Shown here: positions 1-7,413 of the stretch, piece by piece
How the letters are laid out: each line of letters starts with the position of its first letter
Position numbering within the stretch: the first letter of the stretch is position 1
Source: a bacterium
Lineage (GTDB): Bacteria; UBP7; UBA6624
Reading direction: 5' to 3'
NCBI GenBank assembly: GCA_002716355.1
Contig: PBAU01000007.1
Span: 1 to 20,266 of the forward strand
DNA length: 20,266 nt
Notes under the pieces: generated by a model
What the model was told of the DNA's origin: nothing
What the model saw: only the letters and a program-made list of their open reading frames with translations
The model's database searches: none
Position numbers and translations under genes: made by a program

Positions 1-69
1 CAAGGCGGACCACCACAAGGCGGACCACCACAAGGCGGACCACCACAAGGCGGACCACCACAAGGCGGA
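1..69 (+). repeat. Perfect 15-bp tandem repeat (caaggcggaccacca) x4 plus a 9-nt partial copy
   Basis: Direct reading: 1-15, 16-30, 31-45 and 46-60 are identical, and 61-69 repeats the first 9 nt. The period is a multiple of 3 and lies inside the truncated CDS. Confidence 0.95.
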
Positions 70-75
70 AGATAA
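1..75 (+). CDS. 3' end of a CDS (5' part outside window) ending in a (Gln-Gly-Gly-Pro-Pro)x4 tail; product unknown
   Basis: Frame 1 reads QGGPP x4, then QGGR and TAA (73-75). All three frames are open across the repeat. Only this frame has A-rich third codon positions (CAA GGC GGA CCA CCA), like the rest of the window. Confidence 0.5.
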   Translation, partial: QGGPPQGGPPQGGPPQGGPPQGGR

Positions 76-116
76 TTTTTTAAAATTTTTAATTATTTTT
101 TTACAATACTTGATTC

Positions 117-758
117 ATGGTCAACCGCAATCGTAAAAATGCATATCCTTTTAACTGCTATGCAAAATTAGGTTTAAATGTAAAGGTTTCAAAATCAGAA
201 ATCGATAAAAGGTATAAATTCTTATCTAAAGAAAATCATCCAGACTCTAAACCAGCTTCTCAAAAGAAAGAATATACAAAAAAGCAATCTGAAATTAATA
301 AAGCTTATCAGGTTTTAACACAAGACAGAAAAAATCATGATTGGTGGCTTTTAAATATAAAGAAAGATCATTCTTTATCTCAGAAAGATCACAAAAAAAC
401 AAAAAGAGCAAATCCAAAGTTTGATGAAAGCTATACAACAAAAACAAAAGAAGAAATAGAAATAGAACAAAGAAAGAAGAAGGAAGCCAGGAAGAAAAGA
501 GACAAGCAGTATAGAGAATTTATCAAAAACGCCGAAAGAGAGCGAAGGAAAAAAACGAAAAAAGAAAGAAAGTTAGAGGAATTGCTTTCTGAAGAGAGAA
601 AAGCCATTAGGCTTAAAAAAGAGAAAGAAGATTTTAAATATCAAAAAAACGAAAAAAGAAAACAGAAAAAAATTGAAGTTTTTTTTACAAGAACGGTTAT
701 TTTTTTCTATGTTATTGTTGCGATAATAATGTATTTAAATAGATTGTCTAATAATTGA
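117..758 (+). CDS. J-domain (DnaJ-like) protein with a long Lys/Glu/Arg-rich linker and a C-terminal transmembrane anchor
   Basis: ATG at 117. J-domain pattern YAKLGL...IDKRYKFLSKENHPDS...INKAYQVLTQ includes the HPD tripeptide. About 110 aa of K/E/R-rich sequence follows, then one hydrophobic helix (VIFFYVIVAIIMYL) at the C-terminus. No Zn-finger or DnaJ C-terminal domains. Confidence 0.85.
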   Translation: MVNRNRKNAYPFNCYAKLGLNVKVSKSEIDKRYKFLSKENHPDSKPASQKKEYTKKQSEINKAYQVLTQDRKNHDWWLLNIKKDHSLSQKDHKKTKRANPKFDESYTTKTKEEIEIEQRKKKEARKKRDKQYREFIKNAERERRKKTKKERKLEELLSEERKAIRLKKEKEDFKYQKNEKRKQKKIEVFFTRTVIFFYVIVAIIMYLNRLSNN

Positions 759-759
759 T

Positions 760-1452
760 TTATTTGACTTTAAGGAATCTCTCTCCGTCCCATTTGAATC
801 CATCAAGCTCAAATTGAATCATTTCTTCAAATTTTGTTATCATGTTTCTGCAAACAAATTGTATAAATTTGCCCTTTATCATTTTTCCATTATGGCCTGC
901 AGGTGTTTTTTTTCCGTTTTTTATTATTGAAAAATCAATATTTACACAATTTTGATGTTGAGTGTAAGCTTTTTTATGAATTTGTGGCAAAAGATCCACA
1001 ACAAGATTTTCTTTTTTGAGCTCTTCGGTAAGGGCTGGATTCCAGAATTTGTAGAGCTGCAAGACATTCATTTTCAACTTGTAGTTCGGAATGAGAGTCA
1101 TTGGGGAAACTGCTCCAAATAAACCACTGAAAATTAGAAAATGTCTATCGAAAAATTCTTTTTGTTCATCGTTGAATGATTGCCAATTTATGTTTGAGTA
1201 AACTGTTCCGGTATATCTTAAAATTGCAGGAGAACATAAACTTTTTTTTATCATTTTGTTCTGTTTGTGGATCAAGGCTGATTTTTCTGAAGTTGTCCCA
1301 TATATCTTTTTAAAGTCTTCAGGTTTGATTTTTATCAGTTTTTTAATTATCTCATCAACTTTTTTAGAGTGTTTGAAATTTGTTTTTTCAAAAATTGTAT
1401 TTGTTATGTTGTCTTTTGATTTTCCTTCGCTTGGTGGTATTAGAAATTTCAA
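760..1452 (-). CDS. yaaA: YaaA-family (DUF328/UPF0246) peroxide stress protein
   Basis: N-terminus MKFLIPPSEGKS matches the LLPPSEGK-type YaaA start. Internal LRYTGTVY and IPNYKLKM motifs fit the family, as does the length (230 aa). The start codon is TTG (1450-1452), with an in-frame stop two codons upstream. Confidence 0.8.
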   Translation of the reverse strand: MKFLIPPSEGKSKDNITNTIFEKTNFKHSKKVDEIIKKLIKIKPEDFKKIYGTTSEKSALIHKQNKMIKKSLCSPAILRYTGTVYSNINWQSFNDEQKEFFDRHFLIFSGLFGAVSPMTLIPNYKLKMNVLQLYKFWNPALTEELKKENLVVDLLPQIHKKAYTQHQNCVNIDFSIIKNGKKTPAGHNGKMIKGKFIQFVCRNMITKFEEMIQFELDGFKWDGERFLKVK

Positions 1453-1465
1453 AACTTATTCTCGA

Positions 1466-1840
1466 TTACCTGTTTCCAAAAAACCAATCATTTTTTTTCA
1501 GCAAAGAAAGGTTTTTAAAATCTTCCATTTCCCTTAGGCTTTTTAGGTCAGGGTCTGAATTCATCCAGCCTATTATTGACAGATCTATGCTGATTGCTTT
1601 TTTGAGCATTTTTATAGATTCTTCAAAATTACCTTGAAGTGCATATGAGCAGGCAGCATTGTAAGGATGCGATGCATCTTCTGGATACAATTCAACGAGA
1701 TTTAAAAATATCTTCAAGGCCTCTTTAAATTTTCCTTCGTACGTTAAGTTGTATGCTTCAAATGTCAGAGCGAGGGGCCTTCCAAGGTTTAAGAGTCTCT
1801 CGAGCTCTTTAAAAGGGTTTTTTGAATCGTCAACTCTCAA
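1466..1840 (-). CDS. TPR-like repeat segment; probably the C-terminal part of the upstream DUF1028 gene rather than an independent gene
   Basis: TPR-like helices (FEAYNLTYEGKFKEALKIF, YNAACSYALQGNFEESIKMLKKAI). The ORF-caller start is TTG. It shares a frame with ORF 1865-2494, separated only by TGA plus 8 open codons. Its N-terminus (RVDDSKNPFKELERLL) looks like the end of a DUF1028 domain. Confidence 0.6.
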   Translation of the reverse strand: MRVDDSKNPFKELERLLNLGRPLALTFEAYNLTYEGKFKEALKIFLNLVELYPEDASHPYNAACSYALQGNFEESIKMLKKAISIDLSIIGWMNSDPDLKSLREMEDFKNLSLLKKNDWFFGNR

Positions 1841-1864
1841 ATCGTATTTAACGTCAGTATAGCC

Positions 1865-2494
1865 TCAATATCCAGCCCCTTCCTTTTCAACCAGCAGTGC
1901 TGCTGACTGCATTCCTCTTATGTCTCCACCTTGCTCTTGTCCCGCAATCAATGCTGCAACAAGCCTTGCCGCAAAATCAAGATGAGTATTTTCGTGCATT
2001 GCCTCAGCCATTGCTTCAACAACTTTTGCACTGGCTAAAATATTCCCCTGTGCTGCAAATATGATTCCATCTTCTGTTGTTTCCACCGTGCCTCCAGCCC
2101 AATCCATACATTCTTCTCCAGTGTAAGTAAATCCGGTTCCGTCTGTTTTAACAAGACCAACCTGTCTCATTCCTGGATTGTCATCGGTTTTAATTAATGT
2201 ATTCAGGGTTTCTTCAGGAGACATTCCTTTTTCCATCATTTCGAGACCTCTGGGCCCAAAGGTTGTATTTGCAAAAGATTGTGTTGCAATGGCTCCAACT
2301 CCTGCTTTCACCCATGGAACCACAACACCGACCCCAAAGAACTTGCTTTGAACAGCAACTCCAACTTCTTCAGTTCCTGAGTGATAGGCTGCGACTGAAA
2401 ATGTGGAGATGATTTTTTCATCGCATGTTTCTGCATTCAGATTCAAGGGAATGAAAACAAAAAACAAAAGTAGTATTTTTTTAATTTTTTTCAT
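1865..2494 (-). CDS. DUF1028-family (Ntn-hydrolase-like) protein with signal peptide, ending at an in-frame TGA
   Basis: Signal peptide MKKIKKILLLFFVFIPLNLNA. DUF1028-like blocks follow: TFSVAA...GVAVQSKFFGVGVVVPWVKAGVGAIATQSF...MRQVGLV...GNIL...GGDIRGMQSAALLV. A strong SD (AAGGAGA) lies upstream of ATG 2492-2494. Confidence 0.8.
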   Translation of the reverse strand: MKKIKKILLLFFVFIPLNLNAETCDEKIISTFSVAAYHSGTEEVGVAVQSKFFGVGVVVPWVKAGVGAIATQSFANTTFGPRGLEMMEKGMSPEETLNTLIKTDDNPGMRQVGLVKTDGTGFTYTGEECMDWAGGTVETTEDGIIFAAQGNILASAKVVEAMAEAMHENTHLDFAARLVAALIAGQEQGGDIRGMQSAALLVEKEGAGY

Positions 2495-2505
2495 TTTTTT
2501 TCTCC

Positions 2506-3612
2506 TTAGGGCACTAATTTTATAATTATTCCCGAATGTGTAATTAGGTATATCTCTCCTTCTTTATCTTCAGCAAAAGATGAGACCCTGTCTTCGAATG
2601 GTTTTTCATCTGGCCATACTAATTCTAATTTTTGCTGGTTTGATTGTTTATGCATGGTATCGATTGCGGCTACCCATTTTTTAACATAATCTGCAAATAT
2701 GTATTTTCCCTGTAGTTTTTCTATTGCTTTTCCCCTGTAAACATAACCTCCAGTTATTGAAGCCCCTACCGAGCGATCATATACATGAAAAGGGATATCC
2801 AAACCTTTCTTTAAACAATTTTTTGAAGGTTCATAACATGCTTCTCCTTCCATTATTTTCCAACCAAAATTAATACCTGCTTTATCAAAGGGTGATTTAT
2901 GAATTTCTTCCCATTTATTTTGACCCACATCAGCAATCCATAAATCTTTTTCAGTTTTATCAAAAGAGAACCTCCAGGGGTTTCTTAAACCCCAATGCAG
3001 GATTTCTTTTTCAGATTGATCCGTTTTGTAAAAAGGGTTTTCTTTGGGGATTTCATATTTGGCATTTTTGTTTGGAGCAGGTTTGATTCTGAGTATTTTT
3101 CCAAGATAGCTTGATTTATTTTGAGCATAATTTCTTGGATCTCCACCTGCTCCTCCATCACCCATGCCTATATACAGATAGTTGTCCGGCCCAAAAGTTA
3201 TGTATCCTCCATTATGGTTTGCCCAAGGTTGTTCTATTTTTAGCAAAATTAATTCTTCTGAGGTTTTTGGTTTGTTTGTTTTCTCATCTATTGGAAAAGC
3301 AGATATTATTGTTGCTCCGTTTGGTTTTGATGTGTAGTTCACAAAAATCCAATTTTCAGATTCTGTATTTTTTGGGCCAATTGCAATTGAAAGCAGGCCT
3401 TTTTCCCCACCACTGGAAACCCTGTCTCTTATATCAAGCCACACCTCTCCAGGCCTTTTATTTTTTACACCTCGAACAGTGCCTCCCTGCTCAACAACAA
3501 GCATCATTTCATCCTGCCATGTTAAATGCACTGGATATTTAAAGTTTTCAGCTATTAGCTCTATATTGACTTTTGAAAGAAATAAAGATAAGCAAAATAT
3601 TAAAATATTCAT
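2506..3612 (-). CDS. PQQ-dependent (soluble) sugar dehydrogenase, glucose/sorbosone dehydrogenase family
   Basis: Beta-propeller family motifs: HNGGYITFGPDNYLYIGMGDGGAGGDP, LGKILRI, WGLRNPWRFSFD, GWKIMEG, ITGGYVYRG. Short N-terminal signal. ATG at 3610-3612. Confidence 0.85.
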   Translation of the reverse strand: MNILIFCLSLFLSKVNIELIAENFKYPVHLTWQDEMMLVVEQGGTVRGVKNKRPGEVWLDIRDRVSSGGEKGLLSIAIGPKNTESENWIFVNYTSKPNGATIISAFPIDEKTNKPKTSEELILLKIEQPWANHNGGYITFGPDNYLYIGMGDGGAGGDPRNYAQNKSSYLGKILRIKPAPNKNAKYEIPKENPFYKTDQSEKEILHWGLRNPWRFSFDKTEKDLWIADVGQNKWEEIHKSPFDKAGINFGWKIMEGEACYEPSKNCLKKGLDIPFHVYDRSVGASITGGYVYRGKAIEKLQGKYIFADYVKKWVAAIDTMHKQSNQQKLELVWPDEKPFEDRVSSFAEDKEGEIYLITHSGIIIKLVP

Positions 3613-3635
3613 ACTGATAGTGTAAACTTTTTTGA

Positions 3636-3992
3636 ATGAATAATACTTTTTTTACAATAATTTTGGCTTTTGCATGGCTGAATGTTTTGACTTTTGAAAA
3701 AAGGGCTAAGAGATGCGTTATTGAAAGCAAATGGGGCAAATGGAAAGGTATACCTGTTTACAAGATTGGATGGTTTGCATATCCGATTATTTTTCTTTTG
3801 TGGGCGTCTTCAGATTATTATTTTCAAGATTTAAAAGAATTTTTTAGATGGGGGATTTGTGTTGGTCTTTTTGTTTCAAGTAGTAGACAAGCTTGGGGTT
3901 TAAGGTGGTTGGATGATCCATGTACTGCTTGTTTTTCAGGCCATTTTTGTAATTTACTTATAATTCTTTTACTTGCCTTGAAGGTGTTTTGA
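3636..3992 (+). CDS. Small (118 aa) four-helix membrane protein with a membrane-embedded CxxC; possibly VKOR/DsbB-like
   Basis: ATG at 3636 and about four hydrophobic segments. The loop C-x3-S-x-WG-x-W-x-GIP-x-Y-x-x-G and the late CTAC at the start of the last helix resemble VKOR-family patterns, from memory. Its stop TGA (3990-3992) abuts or overlaps the ispH start region. Confidence 0.55.
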   Translation: MNNTFFTIILAFAWLNVLTFEKRAKRCVIESKWGKWKGIPVYKIGWFAYPIIFLLWASSDYYFQDLKEFFRWGICVGLFVSSSRQAWGLRWLDDPCTACFSGHFCNLLIILLLALKVF

Positions 3993-3994
3993 TC

Positions 3995-4933
3995 ATGAAT
4001 AATTTTGAAATAAAAATAGCTCAGCCAAGAGGTTTTTGTGCAGGTGTCGACAGAGCAATTGAAATTGTTGAGCAGGCATTAAAGATATTCGGGTCACCTA
4101 TTTATGTTAGACATGAGATAGTTCACAATAAAAGAGTGGTTAACAATTTAAAAGAAAAGGGAACAATATTTATAGAGGATATTAATGATGTCCCAGATGA
4201 TTCAATTTTAATATTTAGCGCTCATGGCACAGGGAAAGACTTGCTGCAAAAAGCAAGAAGCAGAAAGTTAAAAGTTATTGATGCTGCTTGTCCTTTAGTC
4301 ACAAAGGTTCATATGGAGGCAATAAAGTATTCACAAAAAGGGTATTCAATTGTTTTGATTGGACATGAGGGCCATATAGAGGTAGAAGGAACAATGGGAC
4401 AGCTTCCCAAAGGTGAGATCACACTAGTCGAAACAGTTCAAGATGTAGAAAAATTAAGCTTTGAAAATGATGAAAATGTTGCTGTTATCACTCAGACAAC
4501 ATTAAGTGTTGATGACACCTTTTACATTATGGAAGCTTTAAAAAATAAATATAAAAATTTAATTAAACCAAAAGCGGATGATATTTGCTATGCTACACAA
4601 AATAGGCAGGATGCAGTTAAAGATCTTGCGAGAGAATGTGATTTAATTCTTGTTTTAGGCGCTAGGAATTCCAGCAACAGCAATAGGTTGAGAGAGGTGG
4701 GAGAAAAATGCGGTGTTGCTTCTTTTTTGATTGATGATGCATCGCAATTTCTTCCTGAATGGATAAAGGATGTTGAATCTGTAGGCGTAACAGCTGGAGC
4801 ATCTGCACCTCAGGTTTTAGTTGAAGAGCTGATAGAAACTTTAATCAAACTTGGAGGTGATTTTCCAAAAGCGATTAAAGGCAAGGTGGAGAAGATCTCT
4901 TTTCCATTGCCTATTGAAATTAGAAATGTTTAG
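3995..4933 (+). CDS. ispH: 4-hydroxy-3-methylbut-2-enyl diphosphate reductase (IspH/LytB)
   Basis: MNNFEIKIAQPRGFCAGVDRAI aligns with the canonical IspH N-terminus. Three cluster cysteines are in context: GFCAGV, ACPLVTKVH, ICYATQNRQ. I prefer ATG 3995 (SD AAGGTG at 3981-3986) to the TTG 3989 used by the ORF track. Confidence 0.95.
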   Translation: MNNFEIKIAQPRGFCAGVDRAIEIVEQALKIFGSPIYVRHEIVHNKRVVNNLKEKGTIFIEDINDVPDDSILIFSAHGTGKDLLQKARSRKLKVIDAACPLVTKVHMEAIKYSQKGYSIVLIGHEGHIEVEGTMGQLPKGEITLVETVQDVEKLSFENDENVAVITQTTLSVDDTFYIMEALKNKYKNLIKPKADDICYATQNRQDAVKDLARECDLILVLGARNSSNSNRLREVGEKCGVASFLIDDASQFLPEWIKDVESVGVTAGASAPQVLVEELIETLIKLGGDFPKAIKGKVEKISFPLPIEIRNV

Positions 4934-5003
4934 TTTATTTTTTTGCATATCGCTTCTGTCGCAATAGACCTTCCGGAATTATGACCACACAAAAAAAGAA
5001 TTT

Positions 5004-5390
5004 TTAAAGACATTTGACTATTTCAGTTTTTTTTGGAGTTGAGTACACTATCGCTTTTTGTTTGAAAAGTGTTCCTAATGCAACAATAATGTTTTTTTCT
5101 ACATTTTCAACTGTAAAACTTTCTTCAAAATGCTTTGAGTTTCCGCATTTTGTTTTGTAGTATTCAAGACCAAGTTCCATTAGCTTTGATTCAAGAATAT
5201 TATTTGCTTTTTCATTTTTTTCTTTGCTTGTTTTTTTGTTTAAAGGATTCCATGCAGTTATTATTCCGAATGTTTTTTTGCTCAGGGTTTTGCATGCTCC
5301 TCGTTCATTCACCTTGAATGACACGAGTACATTTTTGTCATTTTTTATCCAGTATTTACTTTCGTAATACTCTTTGGGTGTATTGTTCAT
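5004..5390 (-). CDS. Hypothetical protein, DUF3293-like
   Basis: 128 aa. The FGIITAWNP core and following helical region resemble DUF3293, from memory only. Its ATG overlaps the upstream symporter stop (ATGA at 5387-5390), suggesting translational coupling. Confidence 0.7.
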   Translation of the reverse strand: MNNTPKEYYESKYWIKNDKNVLVSFKVNERGACKTLSKKTFGIITAWNPLNKKTSKEKNEKANNILESKLMELGLEYYKTKCGNSKHFEESFTVENVEKNIIVALGTLFKQKAIVYSTPKKTEIVKCL

Positions 5391-6574
5391 TTTAAAGATG
5401 AATCAACAACTGCAGCACCAATTGAATCACCCCAAACGTTAACAGCTGTTCTGAACCTATCTAAAAACCAATCAACACCAATGATCAGCCCAACTCCTTC
5501 TAATGGTAATCCGACAGCTGTGAGAACCAACGACATTGTTACAAGCCCTGCTTGTGGTATCCCTGCAGCACCAATGCTTGCAAGCGTTGCTGTAAGAGCT
5601 ATGATGACTATTTGACTAATGTCAAGATTCATACTGTATGCTTGTGCAATAAAAACAACAGCAACAGCTTCATAAAGAGCTGTTCCATCCATGTTTATAG
5701 TTGCACCAAGCGGTAGAACAAATTTTCTTGTATCCCTGGTTACTTTTGCATTTTTAACACAATTCATTGTGAGCGGCAATGTCGCGCTGCTGCTTCCTGT
5801 AGAGATTGCATTTAGTATTGCAGGACTCATAGCTTTTGCATAATCAGCAATTTTTCTTTTTGTTCTAGCTAAAATGACAGGTAAAGTGATTGTTGAATGT
5901 ATCAATAGCCCTAAAAGAACAACAACCATATACATCATTACAAAATTCAAAGACTCTAGGCCTCTTGTTGCTATAGTGTTTCCAATAAGTGCAAATATTC
6001 CATATGGTGTTAAGTGAATTACCCACATGGTCATCTTTAGAACAGCTTCAAACATTGATTCAAAAAAATCAGCTGCAGGTTTGCCTTTTTCACCTGTTGC
6101 TCCTATTGAAAATCCTAACAATAAAGAAAAAACTATTATTGAAAGTATTTTTCCATTTGATAATGCTTCAATAGGGTTTGTAGGGATAAAGGAATACAAA
6201 AGTTCTTTAATTGTTGTCCCATTCTTTACAACATCTGGTGTAGAAAGGTTAACCCCTTCTAAATTTAAGCCATTTCCGGGTTGAATTGTGGTTACTAAAA
6301 TCAAACCTAAAATAACAGCAAAGAAAGTAGTCAAAAGGTAATATCCAAAAGTTTTTAAAGCTAATTTTTTTGCTTGATTCTTACCGCTTTTTATTGCATT
6401 TATAGAACCTGTTGTCATTGAAAAAAGAACAAGCGGCACTATTAACATTTTTAAAAGTCTCATGAATATGTCTCCGATTGGAGCTATTGCTATAGATAAA
6501 TTGGGAAATTGCCAACCGAAAAGAATGCCTAAAAGCATGCCCAGACCAATTTTTTTTGTTAGTGATTGTTTCAT
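5387..6574 (-). CDS. Dicarboxylate/amino acid:cation symporter (DAACS, GltP/DctA family)
   Basis: Family signatures GSSSATLP and NMDGTALYEAV, GIPQAGLVTM and VDWFLDRFRT blocks, and a multi-TM profile. 395 aa. Confidence 0.9.
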   Translation of the reverse strand: MKQSLTKKIGLGMLLGILFGWQFPNLSIAIAPIGDIFMRLLKMLIVPLVLFSMTTGSINAIKSGKNQAKKLALKTFGYYLLTTFFAVILGLILVTTIQPGNGLNLEGVNLSTPDVVKNGTTIKELLYSFIPTNPIEALSNGKILSIIVFSLLLGFSIGATGEKGKPAADFFESMFEAVLKMTMWVIHLTPYGIFALIGNTIATRGLESLNFVMMYMVVVLLGLLIHSTITLPVILARTKRKIADYAKAMSPAILNAISTGSSSATLPLTMNCVKNAKVTRDTRKFVLPLGATINMDGTALYEAVAVVFIAQAYSMNLDISQIVIIALTATLASIGAAGIPQAGLVTMSLVLTAVGLPLEGVGLIIGVDWFLDRFRTAVNVWGDSIGAAVVDSSLK

Positions 6575-6588
6575 TGAATTAGATATGA

Positions 6589-7413
6589 TTGTACTTACTA
6601 TCGCAGTATGTTATGTTGAAGTTAAACAATTGTTATCTGATTCTTTTCACTTTTGCGTGTATTTTTATCGTTTTAGATGATTTGAATAATTTTTTTATTG
6701 GCAACTTGTTAATGATTGCATCCTTGGTTTTGATTTATTTTTATGCTAAAAAAGATTTTAAAAATTATCTTTTATTGGCAATTTCATTTTATATGGCTCA
6801 TTATGCTGAAATTAATACTAATTTGGATTGGGCTAATATTTTAATTTTGACCTCTGTCTTTTTTCTTATGGTTTGGGTTCCAGCAAAATTTTCCTCTGGG
6901 CTTATTAGTTTTGATTTCACATTTAAGAAATGGAGTAAAGATCAGTTTAAATGGTTCTTAACGACTGGTTTTTGCGCATTGATTATCTTGTATTTTTATT
7001 TCAATGATGCTTTAACAGCTACAGGTTTACCAATTCATCGTAGCTGGTCGATAGAGGGTGGAACCGGCTTGCCTTTAGATTTTATAAATTTTGAAAAAAG
7101 TTTAGTTTTGTTTTTTGCGTGTATGCTTTTGGGATGCTGGGATGAAATGTTCTTTGTTAATACGGTTTTAACCATATTTAAAAAATCAAATCCATTTTGG
7201 CTCGCTAACACTTGTCAATCTTTATTGTTCGCGGCTTTTCTTTATGAGTTAGCTTTTCAAGATTGGGGACCCTGGATGATTATCTTTTTTGCATTCATTC
7301 AAGGAAATATACTTAAAAAAACTCATGATTTGGTTTATGTGATATGTTTGCATTTATTTGCAGACACAATTTTATTTGTTTACATACTGAATGGTCATTA
7401 TTCCTTTCTTTAA
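6589..7413 (+). CDS. Polytopic membrane protein; possible divergent CPBP/Abi-family member
   Basis: About 7-8 hydrophobic helices. CWDEMFFVN, FAAFLYE and HLFAD are spaced like CPBP motifs EExxxR / FxxxH / HxxxN, but key residues are substituted. The start is uncertain: TTG 6589 or ATG 6613. Confidence 0.6.
   Translation: MYLLSQYVMLKLNNCYLILFTFACIFIVLDDLNNFFIGNLLMIASLVLIYFYAKKDFKNYLLLAISFYMAHYAEINTNLDWANILILTSVFFLMVWVPAKFSSGLISFDFTFKKWSKDQFKWFLTTGFCALIILYFYFNDALTATGLPIHRSWSIEGGTGLPLDFINFEKSLVLFFACMLLGCWDEMFFVNTVLTIFKKSNPFWLANTCQSLLFAAFLYELAFQDWGPWMIIFFAFIQGNILKKTHDLVYVICLHLFADTILFVYILNGHYSFL

Larger units (their letters stand above)
1466..2494 (-). pseudogene. Alternative reading of the two ORFs above: one DUF1028-TPR gene interrupted by a single in-frame TGA (1865-1867)
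   Basis: Same frame. The junction reads ...SAALLVEKEGAGY-TGA-GYTDVKYDLRVDDSKNPFKELERLL. The downstream part has no ATG or GTG start and no SD. Confidence 0.45.

Noticed and set aside
1-69. CRISPR-like or regulatory direct repeats (also 15229-15305).
   Set aside because: The units are 15 bp and strictly contiguous, with no spacers. They lie in frame inside coding sequence and encode pentapeptide repeats, so they are coding microsatellite-type repeats.
1865-1867. Genome-wide reassignment of UGA (code 25 Gly or code 4 Trp) as the explanation for the in-frame TGA in the DUF1028 gene. It was tempting because the stop aligns with a probable Gly.
   Set aside because: TGA acts as a genuine stop elsewhere in the window, at positions fixed by homology and overlaps. 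sufB ends at the canonical ...SVG-TGA overlapping the sufD ATG. sufS, the symporter, rplU and the obg-like gene also end at TGA in ATGA-type junctions. Reading through them would give long non-homologous extensions.
1786-1867. Selenocysteine insertion at TGA 1865-1867, with a SECIS-like hairpin (TTTAAAGAG...CTCTTAAA around 1790-1815).
   Set aside because: The hairpin is weak and AT-rich, and it lies about 50-75 nt downstream rather than immediately after the UGA. The codon aligns with a probable Gly, not a redox Cys, and DUF1028 is not a known selenoprotein family.
3111-3542. A 143-aa + strand ORF antisense to the PQQ sugar dehydrogenase. Similar antisense ORFs occur at 1256-1637, 2197-2412, 2892-3086, 5135-5317, 5989-6284, 7705-7887, 7983-8249, 8942-9127, 11585-11944, 12508-12810, 14048-14242, 14291-14850, 15146-15373 and 16942-17232.
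   Set aside because: All lie inside genes with strong homology on the other strand. They have low-complexity or hydrophobic composition typical of shadow ORFs and lack start context.
3548-3739. A 63-aa minus-strand ORF spanning the divergent gap between the sugar dehydrogenase and the small membrane protein.
   Set aside because: It overlaps the N-terminus of one gene and the start of the other. It has no motif and implausible composition.
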